Below, piece after piece: positions 47,117 to 56,819 of a DNA stretch of 64,000 bases. The first letter of the stretch is position 1, and every line of letters begins with the position of its first letter. Origin of the DNA: an archaeon (lineage in GTDB: Archaea > Undinarchaeota > Undinarchaeia > Undinarchaeales > JBDRKL01); assembly GCA_043814055.1 (NCBI GenBank), contig JBDRKL010000009.1, positions 17,751 through 81,750 of the forward strand. Reading direction: 5' to 3'. The notes under the pieces are model-generated. The model ran no database searches. It saw only the letters and a list, made by a program, of their open reading frames with translations, and was not told the origin of the DNA. A program made the translations under genes and the position numbers.

Positions 47117-47797
47117 ATGGCTTATGATTTACACTCAATAGAACCAGATCAAGATTTAAGATATGACAACAGACCGAGTTATTTTAAAATGCGAGATAAC
47201 TCACTATTAAAAATATATAGCGAAACATATTTTAAAAAACTCAAAAAGTTCCCGGATGAAGCGGTTTTGTTCAGGCTGGAGCTGTCAGCAAATTTAAATA
47301 TCTATAAAGAGACACACTGGGAACGTTCATTTTGGGAGATTCCAAAAAATAAACCGAAAAAAATTGAGAGCTATATACAATTTGTCGATAAGATGTATAA
47401 TTGCTGGAGGTCAGTTATTGACTGGTATTCTTGGTATGAGTATAAGAAATATTTTCTGGGCGGTACTTTGTGGGATAAGTTAAAAACAGAAACTGGGAAA
47501 AAAGATGCAGAGATTAAAGAGAGGGTTTATGGAAAACACTTTTTAACAGAACAGAAAGTAATCAATATTTTTAAGATGTCAGCAAAACAAATGTTTATGC
47601 CGACCTGGTTGATTCCAGAAGACATTAAAAAAATAGAAGGTTTTTGGGGTGGCGGAGACTGGAAAAAGGATAAAAAAATATGCTCATTTAATAGGAAGAA
47701 TCATGAGGAATGGAGAAATATAAAAGTTTTTGATATTCTCTTCTGTAGATTTTTTGACAATGTGGTTGAAAAAAAGATGCTTGGTGATGACATATAG
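47117..47797 (+). CDS. AT-rich hypothetical protein
   Basis: 226-aa aromatic/Lys-rich ORF; no motif recognised. Confidence 0.6.
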   Translation: MAYDLHSIEPDQDLRYDNRPSYFKMRDNSLLKIYSETYFKKLKKFPDEAVLFRLELSANLNIYKETHWERSFWEIPKNKPKKIESYIQFVDKMYNCWRSVIDWYSWYEYKKYFLGGTLWDKLKTETGKKDAEIKERVYGKHFLTEQKVINIFKMSAKQMFMPTWLIPEDIKKIEGFWGGGDWKKDKKICSFNRKNHEEWRNIKVFDILFCRFFDNVVEKKMLGDDI

Positions 47798-47911
47798 AAG
47801 GAAGAGGCTCCTGCGACAGAGGGAGAAGCTCCAGCTGAGGAGAAGAACGAAGAAGCTGAAGCTCCAAAGGAAGAGCCTGCGGTTGAAGGCGCCGAGAAAA
47901 AGAGTAAATAG
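47798..47911 (+). pseudogene. Orphan second 3' end of rplP0
   Basis: Startless frame KEEAPATEGEAPAEEKNEEAEAPKEEPAVEGAEKKSK*; 47827-47858 is 27/32 identical to 46983-47014. Confidence 0.65.
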
Positions 47912-47953
47912 AACTATTTTTGCACGTTAGAACAATTGTTGTCGCTGACCATA

Positions 47954-49939
47954 TCACTTTTGCGGCGGCAGGGTAACGTTATACCCGTCAACCTCGTTTG
48001 CCAGTATCGTAAATGTAGCGGTGTTTGTGCCAAAAGGGGACAGCGTGGTCGTGATGATGTGCAGGTATAGTGGAACGACTCTAGTGTAGCCGCCGGGCGC
48101 GAACTCCTCGTATTCGTAGTCAATGTTCCACGGCCAGGAGTCAGACGTCCTGCCGCTTGAGCCAGTTGTTGCGTTCCAGGACGGGCTGCCGACAAAGTCA
48201 ATAGAGGATACTGAGGCGCCGGACAGGTTTGTCCCGTTCGTGTGAATTGCCCTGACAACGCTGTACCAGCCGCGCCTGATTGTGGACGTGTCTTTGAGGA
48301 TAGTCTTGGACGTGTTATAAGTGGTGTTCACGAGCCGGACTGTGCTGTTGAGCTCCGCCGATGCATGGAACGCCACATTTGAGGAGTCAAGCTTAGTGTC
48401 GTAGATGAACAGGACTGAGTTCTTGCTGGAATAAAACGCTGACGTGCGGGAATTCGTGATTTTGTTGCTCCTGATGTAAAGCCCGTTCGAGTCAGAGGTA
48501 TCGTACATGTCAACTGCATAGCTGCAGTTCTTCAGCGTGTTGCCCTCAAAGAAGTTGTTCGCCCCTGCGTTGTTGTTTATGCGCAGGCAGGACTGGCCGC
48601 CAAGGAAGGTGTTGTTGGATATGGTGTTGTTTTCGTTAAAGTATGACAAGGGATTGGTGGTCTCAAACCAGAAGCCGTAGTTGCTGAACTTAACATAATT
48701 GTCGTGGATGGAATTTTGGTGCGCCATGTCATAGACATTAATCCCGTTGTTAACGTCCAGCAAATTTTTGTAGACCTCGTTGTTGGTTGAGTTCAGGACG
48801 GCTATGCCAACATTGGTGAGGTTGTTGAGCATTGTGTTGTAGCGGATTGTTATGTTGAATGACTCGGACTGAAGGAGTATGCCAACCAGGCTGTTCTTGT
48901 AAAAAACATTATTCTCAACAGTGCTGCTGTCCGTGCCTCTGAGGCTTATGCCATAGCGCGAACTTGCAAACGTATTGTTCGCGAAGCTGCTGCCGGTGCA
49001 CCTTGTAGCGATTAGTGAATAACCGGCGTTCGTGAAGGTTGAGTTGAACAAGTTGCCAATGACACTGAGATTGCTGCAGTCAGTTGCGATTATGGATACA
49101 GAGTAATAGCTCATTGTCGGGGTAAAATTGTTGAAGCCCACAACACAGTCGTTGCAATTGTCCAGCCCAAAGCCGCTGAACCTGTGGTCAAGGACGCTAT
49201 TGCCGCTGATTTGCAGGCCGGACGACACGTTGGAATATATCTCGCCGAAGTCAACGTACAAGAGAGTTTTGTTGGTGTTGTTCAGGAAAACATTGTCGGA
49301 TATGCTGGTATAGTTGGAGTTGTTGTTGTAAATACCGTACAAGAGATTCAGGAGAATCTTGTTGCCGGTAATTTGGGCAGAGTTTGAGCCCGCTGATGCG
49401 AACACACCATAGTTGTTCCCAGTGATTGTGTTTTCCTTGACCACGGCAGAGGAGGACGCCTCAAGAAACACGCCGCGCTTGGAACTATAGAGCGTGTTGT
49501 TCTCCACAACAACGCCGTCCGCCGAACTGGAGTATATGTTATACCTGTAGCCGTGCAAAATGCAGTTCTTAACCGTGGACCCGCTGAAATTAGTGTAGAT
49601 GCCGTCCACGGACGTGCTGCCAGTAATGTTTGCGCCGCTACAGTCAAGGGTTATGTTTGTTGCGTTGAACACGAGGACTCCTTTTGCAGGCTTTGCAACA
49701 AAAACGTAGTTCCCGGCACACAGGGTTGTGTCGTTGTTAAGGTAGTATGGAGCTGTGACGCTGGACAGGTTGACGCACGCAACGCCGGCATTTGCCGCCT
49801 TCTTTGCCAAGCCGGGCGGCATGGCATTTTCCTTGTCGCTGCGGGCGACGCACGGGGCTGATATGAGGAGAAATCCTAGAAAAATTAGGAGCAGTATGGG
49901 TCCAATTGCAACTGATTTTGTAGTATTGATTTGCGCCAT
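47954..49939 (-). CDS. Secreted right-handed parallel beta-helix (NosD-like) protein
   Basis: Signal peptide, PPGLAKK motif, many N..I..N..GI repeats. Confidence 0.82.
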   Translation of the reverse strand: MAQINTTKSVAIGPILLLIFLGFLLISAPCVARSDKENAMPPGLAKKAANAGVACVNLSSVTAPYYLNNDTTLCAGNYVFVAKPAKGVLVFNATNITLDCSGANITGSTSVDGIYTNFSGSTVKNCILHGYRYNIYSSSADGVVVENNTLYSSKRGVFLEASSSAVVKENTITGNNYGVFASAGSNSAQITGNKILLNLLYGIYNNNSNYTSISDNVFLNNTNKTLLYVDFGEIYSNVSSGLQISGNSVLDHRFSGFGLDNCNDCVVGFNNFTPTMSYYSVSIIATDCSNLSVIGNLFNSTFTNAGYSLIATRCTGSSFANNTFASSRYGISLRGTDSSTVENNVFYKNSLVGILLQSESFNITIRYNTMLNNLTNVGIAVLNSTNNEVYKNLLDVNNGINVYDMAHQNSIHDNYVKFSNYGFWFETTNPLSYFNENNTISNNTFLGGQSCLRINNNAGANNFFEGNTLKNCSYAVDMYDTSDSNGLYIRSNKITNSRTSAFYSSKNSVLFIYDTKLDSSNVAFHASAELNSTVRLVNTTYNTSKTILKDTSTIRRGWYSVVRAIHTNGTNLSGASVSSIDFVGSPSWNATTGSSGRTSDSWPWNIDYEYEEFAPGGYTRVVPLYLHIITTTLSPFGTNTATFTILANEVDGYNVTLPPQK

Positions 49940-49974
49940 TATAGTTTCCTACTGAAGTGCATACTATTTAAAGT

Positions 49975-50460
49975 TTACACCAGCCACGCGAAGACAAAAG
50001 TCAGGTAAGTGAATATAAAGAAATTCAGCACAGGCTCAAGCAGGACTTCCATATAGCGCTTAGCCATGTTCCGGCCAAACATAAATCCAGTTAGGATTGC
50101 AGCGCCCCACTTTACCAGACCGAGCAGAGCGCCGTATATGCCCCAGCCAAACATGTCTATAGTCCCGGCTCCGAGGAACGTGGCGAACGCGACCATTGGC
50201 ACAAGAGTGAATATGTCAGGCATGAAGAGCGAAATGTCTTTTCTTAAGACGAAGTGCGCGGCGAGGATTGCGAACAGGCTGATTACGAAAACCGGCACGA
50301 AGCCGAACGCGATTGCAGTCATTCCAATTAAGAGCGACGACAGTGAAACACCGGGAATGAGATAAAACACGAGCTCAACAAGGAACAAGAGCACGGCTAT
50401 GATTATGAAAGTCATAATGTCGCCGCCCAGAACACTGTGCGGCAGTAAGTTGATTGCCAT
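49975..50460 (-). CDS. Polytopic membrane protein
   Basis: About five hydrophobic helices. Confidence 0.6.
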   Translation of the reverse strand: MAINLLPHSVLGGDIMTFIIIAVLLFLVELVFYLIPGVSLSSLLIGMTAIAFGFVPVFVISLFAILAAHFVLRKDISLFMPDIFTLVPMVAFATFLGAGTIDMFGWGIYGALLGLVKWGAAILTGFMFGRNMAKRYMEVLLEPVLNFFIFTYLTFVFAWLV

Positions 50461-50507
50461 AAATAATTTATCGCAGATAAGGTTTATTTAGTTTAGGGTT
50501 CAAATGA

Positions 50508-51287
50508 TTGGATATGCAAGCGCTGAACAAGCCGAAACTTGAGGAAGCCGAGCCGATTGTATCGCGGAGCCTGGCGAACAAGGAACTTCTGTTGATTATT
50601 GGCTCGTGCAGCGTGGATTACAGAGGCAGGGCGAGCTCAAAAATGGGAGAGGGCGAGCGCATTGTAATGGTCAAGGAGGATTCTTCTTTGACTGTGCACA
50701 AGAAGGACAGGCACGCGCCAGTAAATTACCAGACTGCTGGGTGCGAGATGAAAGCTTATTTGGAGGATGATAAACTTGTTCTTGAGTCCTACAAGCGAAA
50801 AGTGCAGGACCACATCACGATTAAATTCTCAAGCCTGAATTTTGTTGGGAACTTCAAGCTCAAAGACGAGGAGGACATCACAGTCGCAGGGAAGGAGAAG
50901 GACTGGGTCAAGATGGTCTTGGCACAGCCGGAGCTCGTTGAAGAAGGTCTGAGGACTGAGAAAGTTGAGAAACGAATCAGTACGGGTGGAATTGACATTT
51001 ACTGCAAGGATAAAGATGGAAATTACGTAATCGTTGAGATGAAGCGGCGCACTGCAGGACTTAACGAAGTTAATCAACTTAAGCGCTACGTGGATGAGAT
51101 GAACAGGACTAAAAAGGAGAAAGTGCGCGGCATACTCTGCGCTCCGCGCTTGAGCCCGAACGCGAAGGATATGCTGCACAGAAATGGCTTGGAATTCGTT
51201 AAGCTTGACCCGAGCATTGAGAAATTTGAAGAGGGTGTTGTGGATTTGAGGAAAGACCAGAAGAGTTTGGGCGAATTTGTCAAGTAA
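50508..51287 (+). CDS. nucS: Endonuclease NucS/EndoMS
   Basis: CSVDYRGRASS, KEDSSLTVH, PVNYQ, IDIYCKD...VEMKRR, QLKRY. Confidence 0.95.
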   Translation: MDMQALNKPKLEEAEPIVSRSLANKELLLIIGSCSVDYRGRASSKMGEGERIVMVKEDSSLTVHKKDRHAPVNYQTAGCEMKAYLEDDKLVLESYKRKVQDHITIKFSSLNFVGNFKLKDEEDITVAGKEKDWVKMVLAQPELVEEGLRTEKVEKRISTGGIDIYCKDKDGNYVIVEMKRRTAGLNEVNQLKRYVDEMNRTKKEKVRGILCAPRLSPNAKDMLHRNGLEFVKLDPSIEKFEEGVVDLRKDQKSLGEFVK

Positions 51288-51375
51288 CCCGCTTGGAAGA
51301 GTTTGCTAAGCTCAGCCAAAACAAACTCCATCCAGTTAAATTAACTTTTTAAACACCAAAGAGCCCCCCTAGTTT

Positions 51376-51504
51376 GTGAAAAGAATAATATTGCGCGACG
51401 GCGAGGCAGAGCATTTTCTTGATTTGGGCGAGCTGTGCCTGGAATTTAACTCAGAATGGGAGCTGATTGGGATTGAATTTAGCAAGGGAAAATGTTGCAT
51501 ATGA
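51376..51504 (+). CDS. Possible 42-aa DUF2283-like small protein
   Basis: GTG-start ORF containing LEFNSEWELIGIEF; below the ORF-track cutoff. Confidence 0.35.
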   Translation: MKRIILRDGEAEHFLDLGELCLEFNSEWELIGIEFSKGKCCI

Positions 51505-51520
51505 AATCCACTCCGCGCTA

Positions 51521-51579
51521 GAACAAAACAAAAAACAAATAAAAAAAAATAGTAAGGGGACCCTGCGTTGGGTACCGCC
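51521..51579 (-). terminator. Hairpin plus long oligo-T terminator after the major pilin
   Basis: Minus strand: ACCC-AACGCA-GGGT followed by TTTTTTTTTATTTGTTTTTTGTTTTGTT. Confidence 0.65.
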
Positions 51580-52020
51580 TTACTCGTATTCGCCAGATAG
51601 CAAGCCTGTTTCAGTGTGGTTTATGCTGCTACCAGCTATGGTATAAGCTATCGATACCTCAATGCCCGTGTATGGATTTCCTGCGGTTCCAGCCGTTGCA
51701 GTGCCTGTGCATGTTTTTGAAGCGCCAACTATTGCGGCACCTGTTGCACCGTTGCAAGCGTTATCATCAACAGTTATACTGCTAATAGTTACAGTTCGGC
51801 TCTGCTTGTCTGCGTTTTCGAAGTTAACGGTGACTGCACCCGCTGCAGTTATCGTGTAGTCTGTTACCTGAAATTCTTCGAATCCACTGGCCACTGTCCC
51901 TGCGCTCGGCGTGAAGACACCAAGTCTCCAAAGAGCGACTCCAACTATCACTACGATAATTATGGCCCATCCATAGGTCATGAGGTATTCCATTGCTGTT
52001 TGTCCTTTTTTGTTACCCAT
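51580..52020 (-). CDS. Major type IV pilin
   Basis: Class III signal KKGQTAMEYLMTYGWAIII; GAGGTGA RBS; own TATA. Confidence 0.9.
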   Translation of the reverse strand: MGNKKGQTAMEYLMTYGWAIIIVVIVGVALWRLGVFTPSAGTVASGFEEFQVTDYTITAAGAVTVNFENADKQSRTVTISSITVDDNACNGATGAAIVGASKTCTGTATAGTAGNPYTGIEVSIAYTIAGSSINHTETGLLSGEYE

Positions 52021-52088
52021 TTAAGATCACCTCTGAGTGTGGCATACGGAACCGTGCTATATAAAGGTTTTGTAAGTGGAGAGAAGCG

Positions 52089-53294
52089 TTACATAACCAT
52101 CATGCTGCCAAACATTTGGGTTATAAAGTACCGCACAAGGAAGAAAATAGTAACCCCGCAGATTACGAAAATTGGAGCGTACTGGAGGCCTTTCTTCTCG
52201 TCGCCATTCTTGATTAAACCATAGAGGAGCGAAGCAAAGAACGTAATTATGATGATTGCAGTCAGTGCAAAGTAGAATAGGAAGTCAGGACCAATTGAGG
52301 ATGTAAAGCCCATAAGCCCCATGCCGCTAGCCGATGCGTCTGTAGACATATCACCAAACCCAATTGCCTCAGTCATCTTGGTAATCATTTCAACGAAGAA
52401 TGTGGATATGCCAAGCAAAAGCGGGGCACCTCCGAGTGATGCAAACGCAACGAACATAGTGTACATAGAGGTGTTGGTTGCCATCTCTTTTTCAAGAATT
52501 AATAGTGATTGTATTTCTTCAGCGGTTTCGTCCAGCAATTTTGCAAGCTCTCCGCCGGATTCCATTCCCTCTACTATCAGGCGAACGGTTCTCCCGAGTA
52601 TAGGGGAGCGAACGTGCTCACTCATTATGAGAAACGCCTCTGTGAGAGGAGTTCCACCCAGAGATTCTGAACCGACCTTTTTTATTTCCTTTGCGAACTC
52701 GCCAAATTCTTCGCGGGCAGACATCCATATGGCGCGGTCAGGCGTCATTCCCGCCCGTATGTTTGCAGCTATGAGCTGCAGGGCGCTCGGGAGTATTTTT
52801 TCAATCTCAATTGCCCGCTTGTTTACTTTTAGGGAGAGCATTGTAAACGAGCCGCCGAATATGCTGACAAACACAATGGGAACAGCGATTAGTGCGTAGA
52901 ACATTGGGAGATATCCCAACATAAAAAGAGCCAACGGCAATGCAATTGCCATCACTATGGCTAGGATTATGCGCTTTGCAACCCAGATAGAGCCTGAACC
53001 TGAGAGCCCAGCGTACACCAGTAGCTTGGAAGCACTAACACCCCATTTTGTTGGGAGCATGCGGCTAAATTTCTTGTAGCGATTCTTGGTTTTTTCCGCG
53101 TTCTTCACCTTTGGCATTTCCTTTGAGGCTTCCTTTAGGATTTCCTTTGAGGCTTCCTTGGGCATTTCCTTCAGCACCCTCTTTAGAATTTCCTTTGATT
53201 TTTCCTTGGGCATTTCCTTCAGAGCCCCCTTTAGGATTTCCTTTGCTTTTTCCTTTGGCGGTTCCTTGGAGATTTTCTTTGCTTTTTTCATCAC
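52089..53294 (-). CDS. Type IV pilus platform protein (TadC/T2SSF) with N-terminal KExx repeats
   Basis: LPSALQLIAANIRAGM, GMESGGELA motifs; TM helices. Confidence 0.92.
   Translation of the reverse strand: MMKKAKKISKEPPKEKAKEILKGALKEMPKEKSKEILKRVLKEMPKEASKEILKEASKEMPKVKNAEKTKNRYKKFSRMLPTKWGVSASKLLVYAGLSGSGSIWVAKRIILAIVMAIALPLALFMLGYLPMFYALIAVPIVFVSIFGGSFTMLSLKVNKRAIEIEKILPSALQLIAANIRAGMTPDRAIWMSAREEFGEFAKEIKKVGSESLGGTPLTEAFLIMSEHVRSPILGRTVRLIVEGMESGGELAKLLDETAEEIQSLLILEKEMATNTSMYTMFVAFASLGGAPLLLGISTFFVEMITKMTEAIGFGDMSTDASASGMGLMGFTSSIGPDFLFYFALTAIIIITFFASLLYGLIKNGDEKKGLQYAPIFVICGVTIFFLVRYFITQMFGSMMVM
53112..53279 (-). repeat. 14 x 12-bp coding tandem repeat with a 48-bp higher-order period
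   Basis: KKIS KEPP KEKA KEIL KGAL KEMP KEKS KEIL KRVL KEMP KEAS KEIL KEAS KEMP. Confidence 0.85.
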
Positions 53295-54196
53295 GCACCT
53301 ATTATTGGCCTCTTAGTCTTCATGAAACTCAGATAGAACACCTGGAAGAAGAGGATGAATATGAGTATTAAATAAAACACTGATGCTCCTGCGCCAACAC
53401 CCATAAACGCGCTCATCACAATGAGGAACGTTATTCCGAGAGAGGGCATTATAATGCCGCCCATCATGTACATCATGGTCCACGGATTCATTTCCTGCCC
53501 ATACTTCTTGATTGTAAGCATCTGCTCTTTCTCAAGGTCCTTGACAAGCGATTTGAGGGTTTCCCCGATATCAGAACCAGCCTTGAGGGCGTTTGAAATT
53601 TGCCAGATAACTTTTCTCAATGGGAGGGATGGATTTTCAAACGCTGCCTTCTCAAGCGCTTGCTCCTCAGGCATTCCAACGTTCACGTCCTTGATAACGC
53701 TGCGGAACTCATCAGATACAGTTCCATAGCCCCCTTTTGCAACACTTGCTATCCCATTGAACAGCGTAACGCCGGAGCGCACTTCAATGAGAATGTGCCT
53801 TATCGCGAAAAGCAGGTCGCGCTCAAGAAATTTCATCCTGCGCTTGGCTTGCACAAGCGGGAACGCAAGCAAGTAAAAGAAGCACATCACTGTAAGAGGG
53901 ATTGAAACCATAAATATTATGTCAATTGATGCCAGCAAACTTTCCCCGCCAGCGAGTATGGTGCCGACCATTAAAAGCGACGAGAGCACAAACCAGAAAA
54001 TCGTGCTGTAAATTGTAATCGCAAGGTACTCCTCTGCCTTTATGTCAATGCGGCCCTGGATAAGGTTTGAAGAAAGATTTGGAAACTTTAGGAGCAGCTT
54101 CGTGGCAATACCCCTGAATCGCTTCGCCTTCTGCTTCGCCGTTTCTATTGGAAATGGAACAAATGGAATTCTCATTTTATCATTGATTGTTGACAA
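53291..54196 (-). CDS. Type IV pilus platform protein (TadB/C, T2SSF)
   Basis: LLFAIRHILIEVRSG, YGTVSDEF, WQISNALKAG. Confidence 0.92.
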   Translation of the reverse strand: MSTINDKMRIPFVPFPIETAKQKAKRFRGIATKLLLKFPNLSSNLIQGRIDIKAEEYLAITIYSTIFWFVLSSLLMVGTILAGGESLLASIDIIFMVSIPLTVMCFFYLLAFPLVQAKRRMKFLERDLLFAIRHILIEVRSGVTLFNGIASVAKGGYGTVSDEFRSVIKDVNVGMPEEQALEKAAFENPSLPLRKVIWQISNALKAGSDIGETLKSLVKDLEKEQMLTIKKYGQEMNPWTMMYMMGGIIMPSLGITFLIVMSAFMGVGAGASVFYLILIFILFFQVFYLSFMKTKRPIIGA

Positions 54197-55907
54197 TCTT
54201 GAACGGGTCCTCGTTTTTCTTCAGTGCTGTGAGCACTTTATCCGGATCAATGTAATAGGTGCTGACCAGCTTGCCAACATCGTTTATGTTTCGCAGGTTG
54301 TGCTTAAGCATCCAGTTAAGCAGATTCTCCTTATCCACCAGGTCTTGCCCTATTTCCTTGGCGTTCATTCCTGTGCGGATTTCAAGCTCGTTTATGATTC
54401 GCGTACTCGGATTGACCGAAAGCTGTGCATCATCCTTGGCTGTCCACTTGTAGAGTATGTTGAACTTGACCTTGAGCTCGCCCGCGTACTCCTCTGGGAG
54501 CTCAACCTCTGCAACTTGGAATGTTCTTCTTATGTTCAACTGCCTCTGCCTGAATTGGACGAGTATCAAGTGCAGTGACTCAAGCATTTCCATTGGCACG
54601 TTTATTGGCGGGTTGACAAGGCGCCGGTAGGTCTGTGAGACCGTGTCCGCGTGGAGCGTTGCATAGACCGCGTGGCCCGTGTGCATTGCCTCAAAGAGAA
54701 CCTCAGCCTGCTCTGCTCGCCTCACCTCACCCACGATTATCCTGTCAGGCCTCTGCCTGAGCGAGTTTACCATCAGGTCCAGCATGCTTATCTCACCCTT
54801 ACCTTCTGGGTTGGGCGAGCGCGTTACCATTGGAACCCAGTGCAAGAAATCTGGAAGCTGGAGCTCGCGGGTGTCTTCTATGCTCACTATGCGCTGATTC
54901 GGCGGTATGAACGGGGTGAGAGCGTTGAGCATTGAGGTTTTTCCAGAGCCTGTGCCGCCAGCGATGAGCATATTCATCTCATTTTGGATTGCCATCCAGA
55001 GCATAGCTGCAACCTTGCTGTTCAGCGTGTTCACTTTTGGGTCAAGAAAGTCAATCATTGTCCACGGCTTGCGCGCGAACTTTCTTATCGTGATTGTGTT
55101 TCCGTGAGTGGAAATCGGGGAGAGTGTTGCGTTGACACGGTCCCCTGAGGATAGGCGAGCGTCCATTAACGGGTGCAGGCTCGTTATTTCTCGGCCAACC
55201 CTGCGGCCTATGAGAGATGAGTAATTGTGGATTTGCTCCTCACTGTCAAGCGAGATATTGCTCTTGAGCCAGCCATACTTCTTGTGATACACCCAAGTTG
55301 GCTCCTCCGCGTTGTTGATAACTATTTCTTCAAGGTCGTCGTCCGCGAAGAGAAGCTCAAGCTTGCCCAGCCCAAGCATCCGGTGAATTAGGTAGTTCAG
55401 GAGAACGTCCTTCTGCTCGCCCTGCAGCTGCTTGAACTCATTTGTTATGACCTTGTTTGCAGTGTCCTTGTAGCGCTTCTTGAGCTCGTTGAAAGCGTGG
55501 GGATTAACTATTTCCTCAACTTCAACCTTGACCTCTTCTATGAGGCGTTCGCGAATGTCCTCCATCAAGAGCTGTGTTGCTGGCGGCACTCGGGGGTACT
55601 CGCAATTGTAGAGCAGCACGAATTCCTGGGGGTCCTTGATTATCTGAACCTTGGTAGTGAGCTCGTCTGACTTCACGTCGTAGGCGCAAAGAACTTTTGC
55701 ACCCGATGAAACCACGAAGCTGGAATGATTTTTCAGGCTCTCTGCCTTTGTGAGAGACCGCAGAAGTTCTTTGGTGTCACTTGCAGGGATTAGTTTTTTT
55801 TCTTCTTTTTTTGTAGGAGGCTTTTTTAGTATTGCCCGCTCAAACTCCAGCTCAAGCTTCTTTACTTGTTCATTCGTATCCACCTGCTTTTTCGCGTGTT
55901 TTTTCAC
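54180..55907 (-). CDS. Type IV pilus assembly ATPase (TadA/VirB11 family)
   Basis: GGTGSGKT, SIEDTREL, LRQRPDRIIVGEVR, AMHTGH. Confidence 0.96.
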   Translation of the reverse strand: MKKHAKKQVDTNEQVKKLELEFERAILKKPPTKKEEKKLIPASDTKELLRSLTKAESLKNHSSFVVSSGAKVLCAYDVKSDELTTKVQIIKDPQEFVLLYNCEYPRVPPATQLLMEDIRERLIEEVKVEVEEIVNPHAFNELKKRYKDTANKVITNEFKQLQGEQKDVLLNYLIHRMLGLGKLELLFADDDLEEIVINNAEEPTWVYHKKYGWLKSNISLDSEEQIHNYSSLIGRRVGREITSLHPLMDARLSSGDRVNATLSPISTHGNTITIRKFARKPWTMIDFLDPKVNTLNSKVAAMLWMAIQNEMNMLIAGGTGSGKTSMLNALTPFIPPNQRIVSIEDTRELQLPDFLHWVPMVTRSPNPEGKGEISMLDLMVNSLRQRPDRIIVGEVRRAEQAEVLFEAMHTGHAVYATLHADTVSQTYRRLVNPPINVPMEMLESLHLILVQFRQRQLNIRRTFQVAEVELPEEYAGELKVKFNILYKWTAKDDAQLSVNPSTRIINELEIRTGMNAKEIGQDLVDKENLLNWMLKHNLRNINDVGKLVSTYYIDPDKVLTALKKNEDPFKIVNNQ

Positions 55908-56806
55908 TTTTTACGACCCCACCGCTTCTTGGAATTCATCTTGACCTGCGCCTTGTCAACTGTTTTTGCCTTTTTTTCAATGTCCTTAAGCTCCTTTTCA
56001 AGCTTCTTAAGTTCAAACTCTATCGCGTTTATGCTTTCTGGGCTTGATTTCTTGAGCTTCTTGAGTTCGTCCAAGTGCGAAGTTACGTCCTTTGCCTGTG
56101 ATAATTTTTGAAGCAGGGATCCCACCAAAGAGTTTAGGTGATTTTTTGTTTCCACCAGTGTTATTCGCGCGTGGTCTGTCTTTTCTATGAGTTCCTTCTC
56201 TTCCTGCTCTGTCTTTTTCAAAGCAGACTCAACAGCCTCACATTCCTTCTTGATGCCAATGAATTCCTTTTCAAGGCCTTCCATCAGCTTCACCTTGTCT
56301 GTGAGTTCCTTAACGAGATGAATTAAATCCTGCTTCTCTGGGAGAGGTTCCTTTGCGGTTTTCTTCGCGAGCTCTGCACCTTCCTCAACTGCCTTTGAAA
56401 GCTTTTCCTCCGCGAGCTTTATCTCAGATACCTTGTCCTTGATGGTGCGTGTATCCTCGGTCTCGTCTTCAAAGAGTGCTTCGCCCTCTTCAAGTTTTTT
56501 AGGCACTTCAGTCTTTTCCTCAGTTAGCTTTGTCCCCTTCTTCTGATTTTTAAGATCCGCGACCTTTTCGTTTATTTCCTCTTTTTTCTTCTCAATGGTC
56601 GAGACTATTATAGGGTCGCCCATTCTAGGGTATTGTATTTCAATGTGAGTTTCATTCTTGTGTTTTGAGAGCAGATTTGCCCATTCCTCTACCTGCCCCT
56701 CGGATATTCCAAGAATCGAGGCAGCCTCTGGGAAAGTCATCTTGCCGCGCTTCATAATTTCATCTACAAACCTGTCCATTTGAGTTTCAAGTTGTTCTGT
56801 TGTCAT
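55904..56806 (-). CDS. Coiled-coil protein of the pilus locus
   Basis: N-terminal HTH-like ETQMD...VEEWANLL segment, then long heptad repeats. Confidence 0.7.
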   Translation of the reverse strand: MTTEQLETQMDRFVDEIMKRGKMTFPEAASILGISEGQVEEWANLLSKHKNETHIEIQYPRMGDPIIVSTIEKKKEEINEKVADLKNQKKGTKLTEEKTEVPKKLEEGEALFEDETEDTRTIKDKVSEIKLAEEKLSKAVEEGAELAKKTAKEPLPEKQDLIHLVKELTDKVKLMEGLEKEFIGIKKECEAVESALKKTEQEEKELIEKTDHARITLVETKNHLNSLVGSLLQKLSQAKDVTSHLDELKKLKKSSPESINAIEFELKKLEKELKDIEKKAKTVDKAQVKMNSKKRWGRKK

Positions 56807-56819
56807 TTCATATCACCTC

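Noticed and set aside
47795-47911. TAG read-through or recoding joining the orphan ORF to the acidic tail
   Set aside because: TAG terminates several core genes here (ftsY, pfdA, secE); similarity to rplP0 explains the tail better.
53112-53279. CRISPR array
   Set aside because: Units are contiguous and coding with no unique spacers; no cas genes or regularly spaced repeats were seen in the window.
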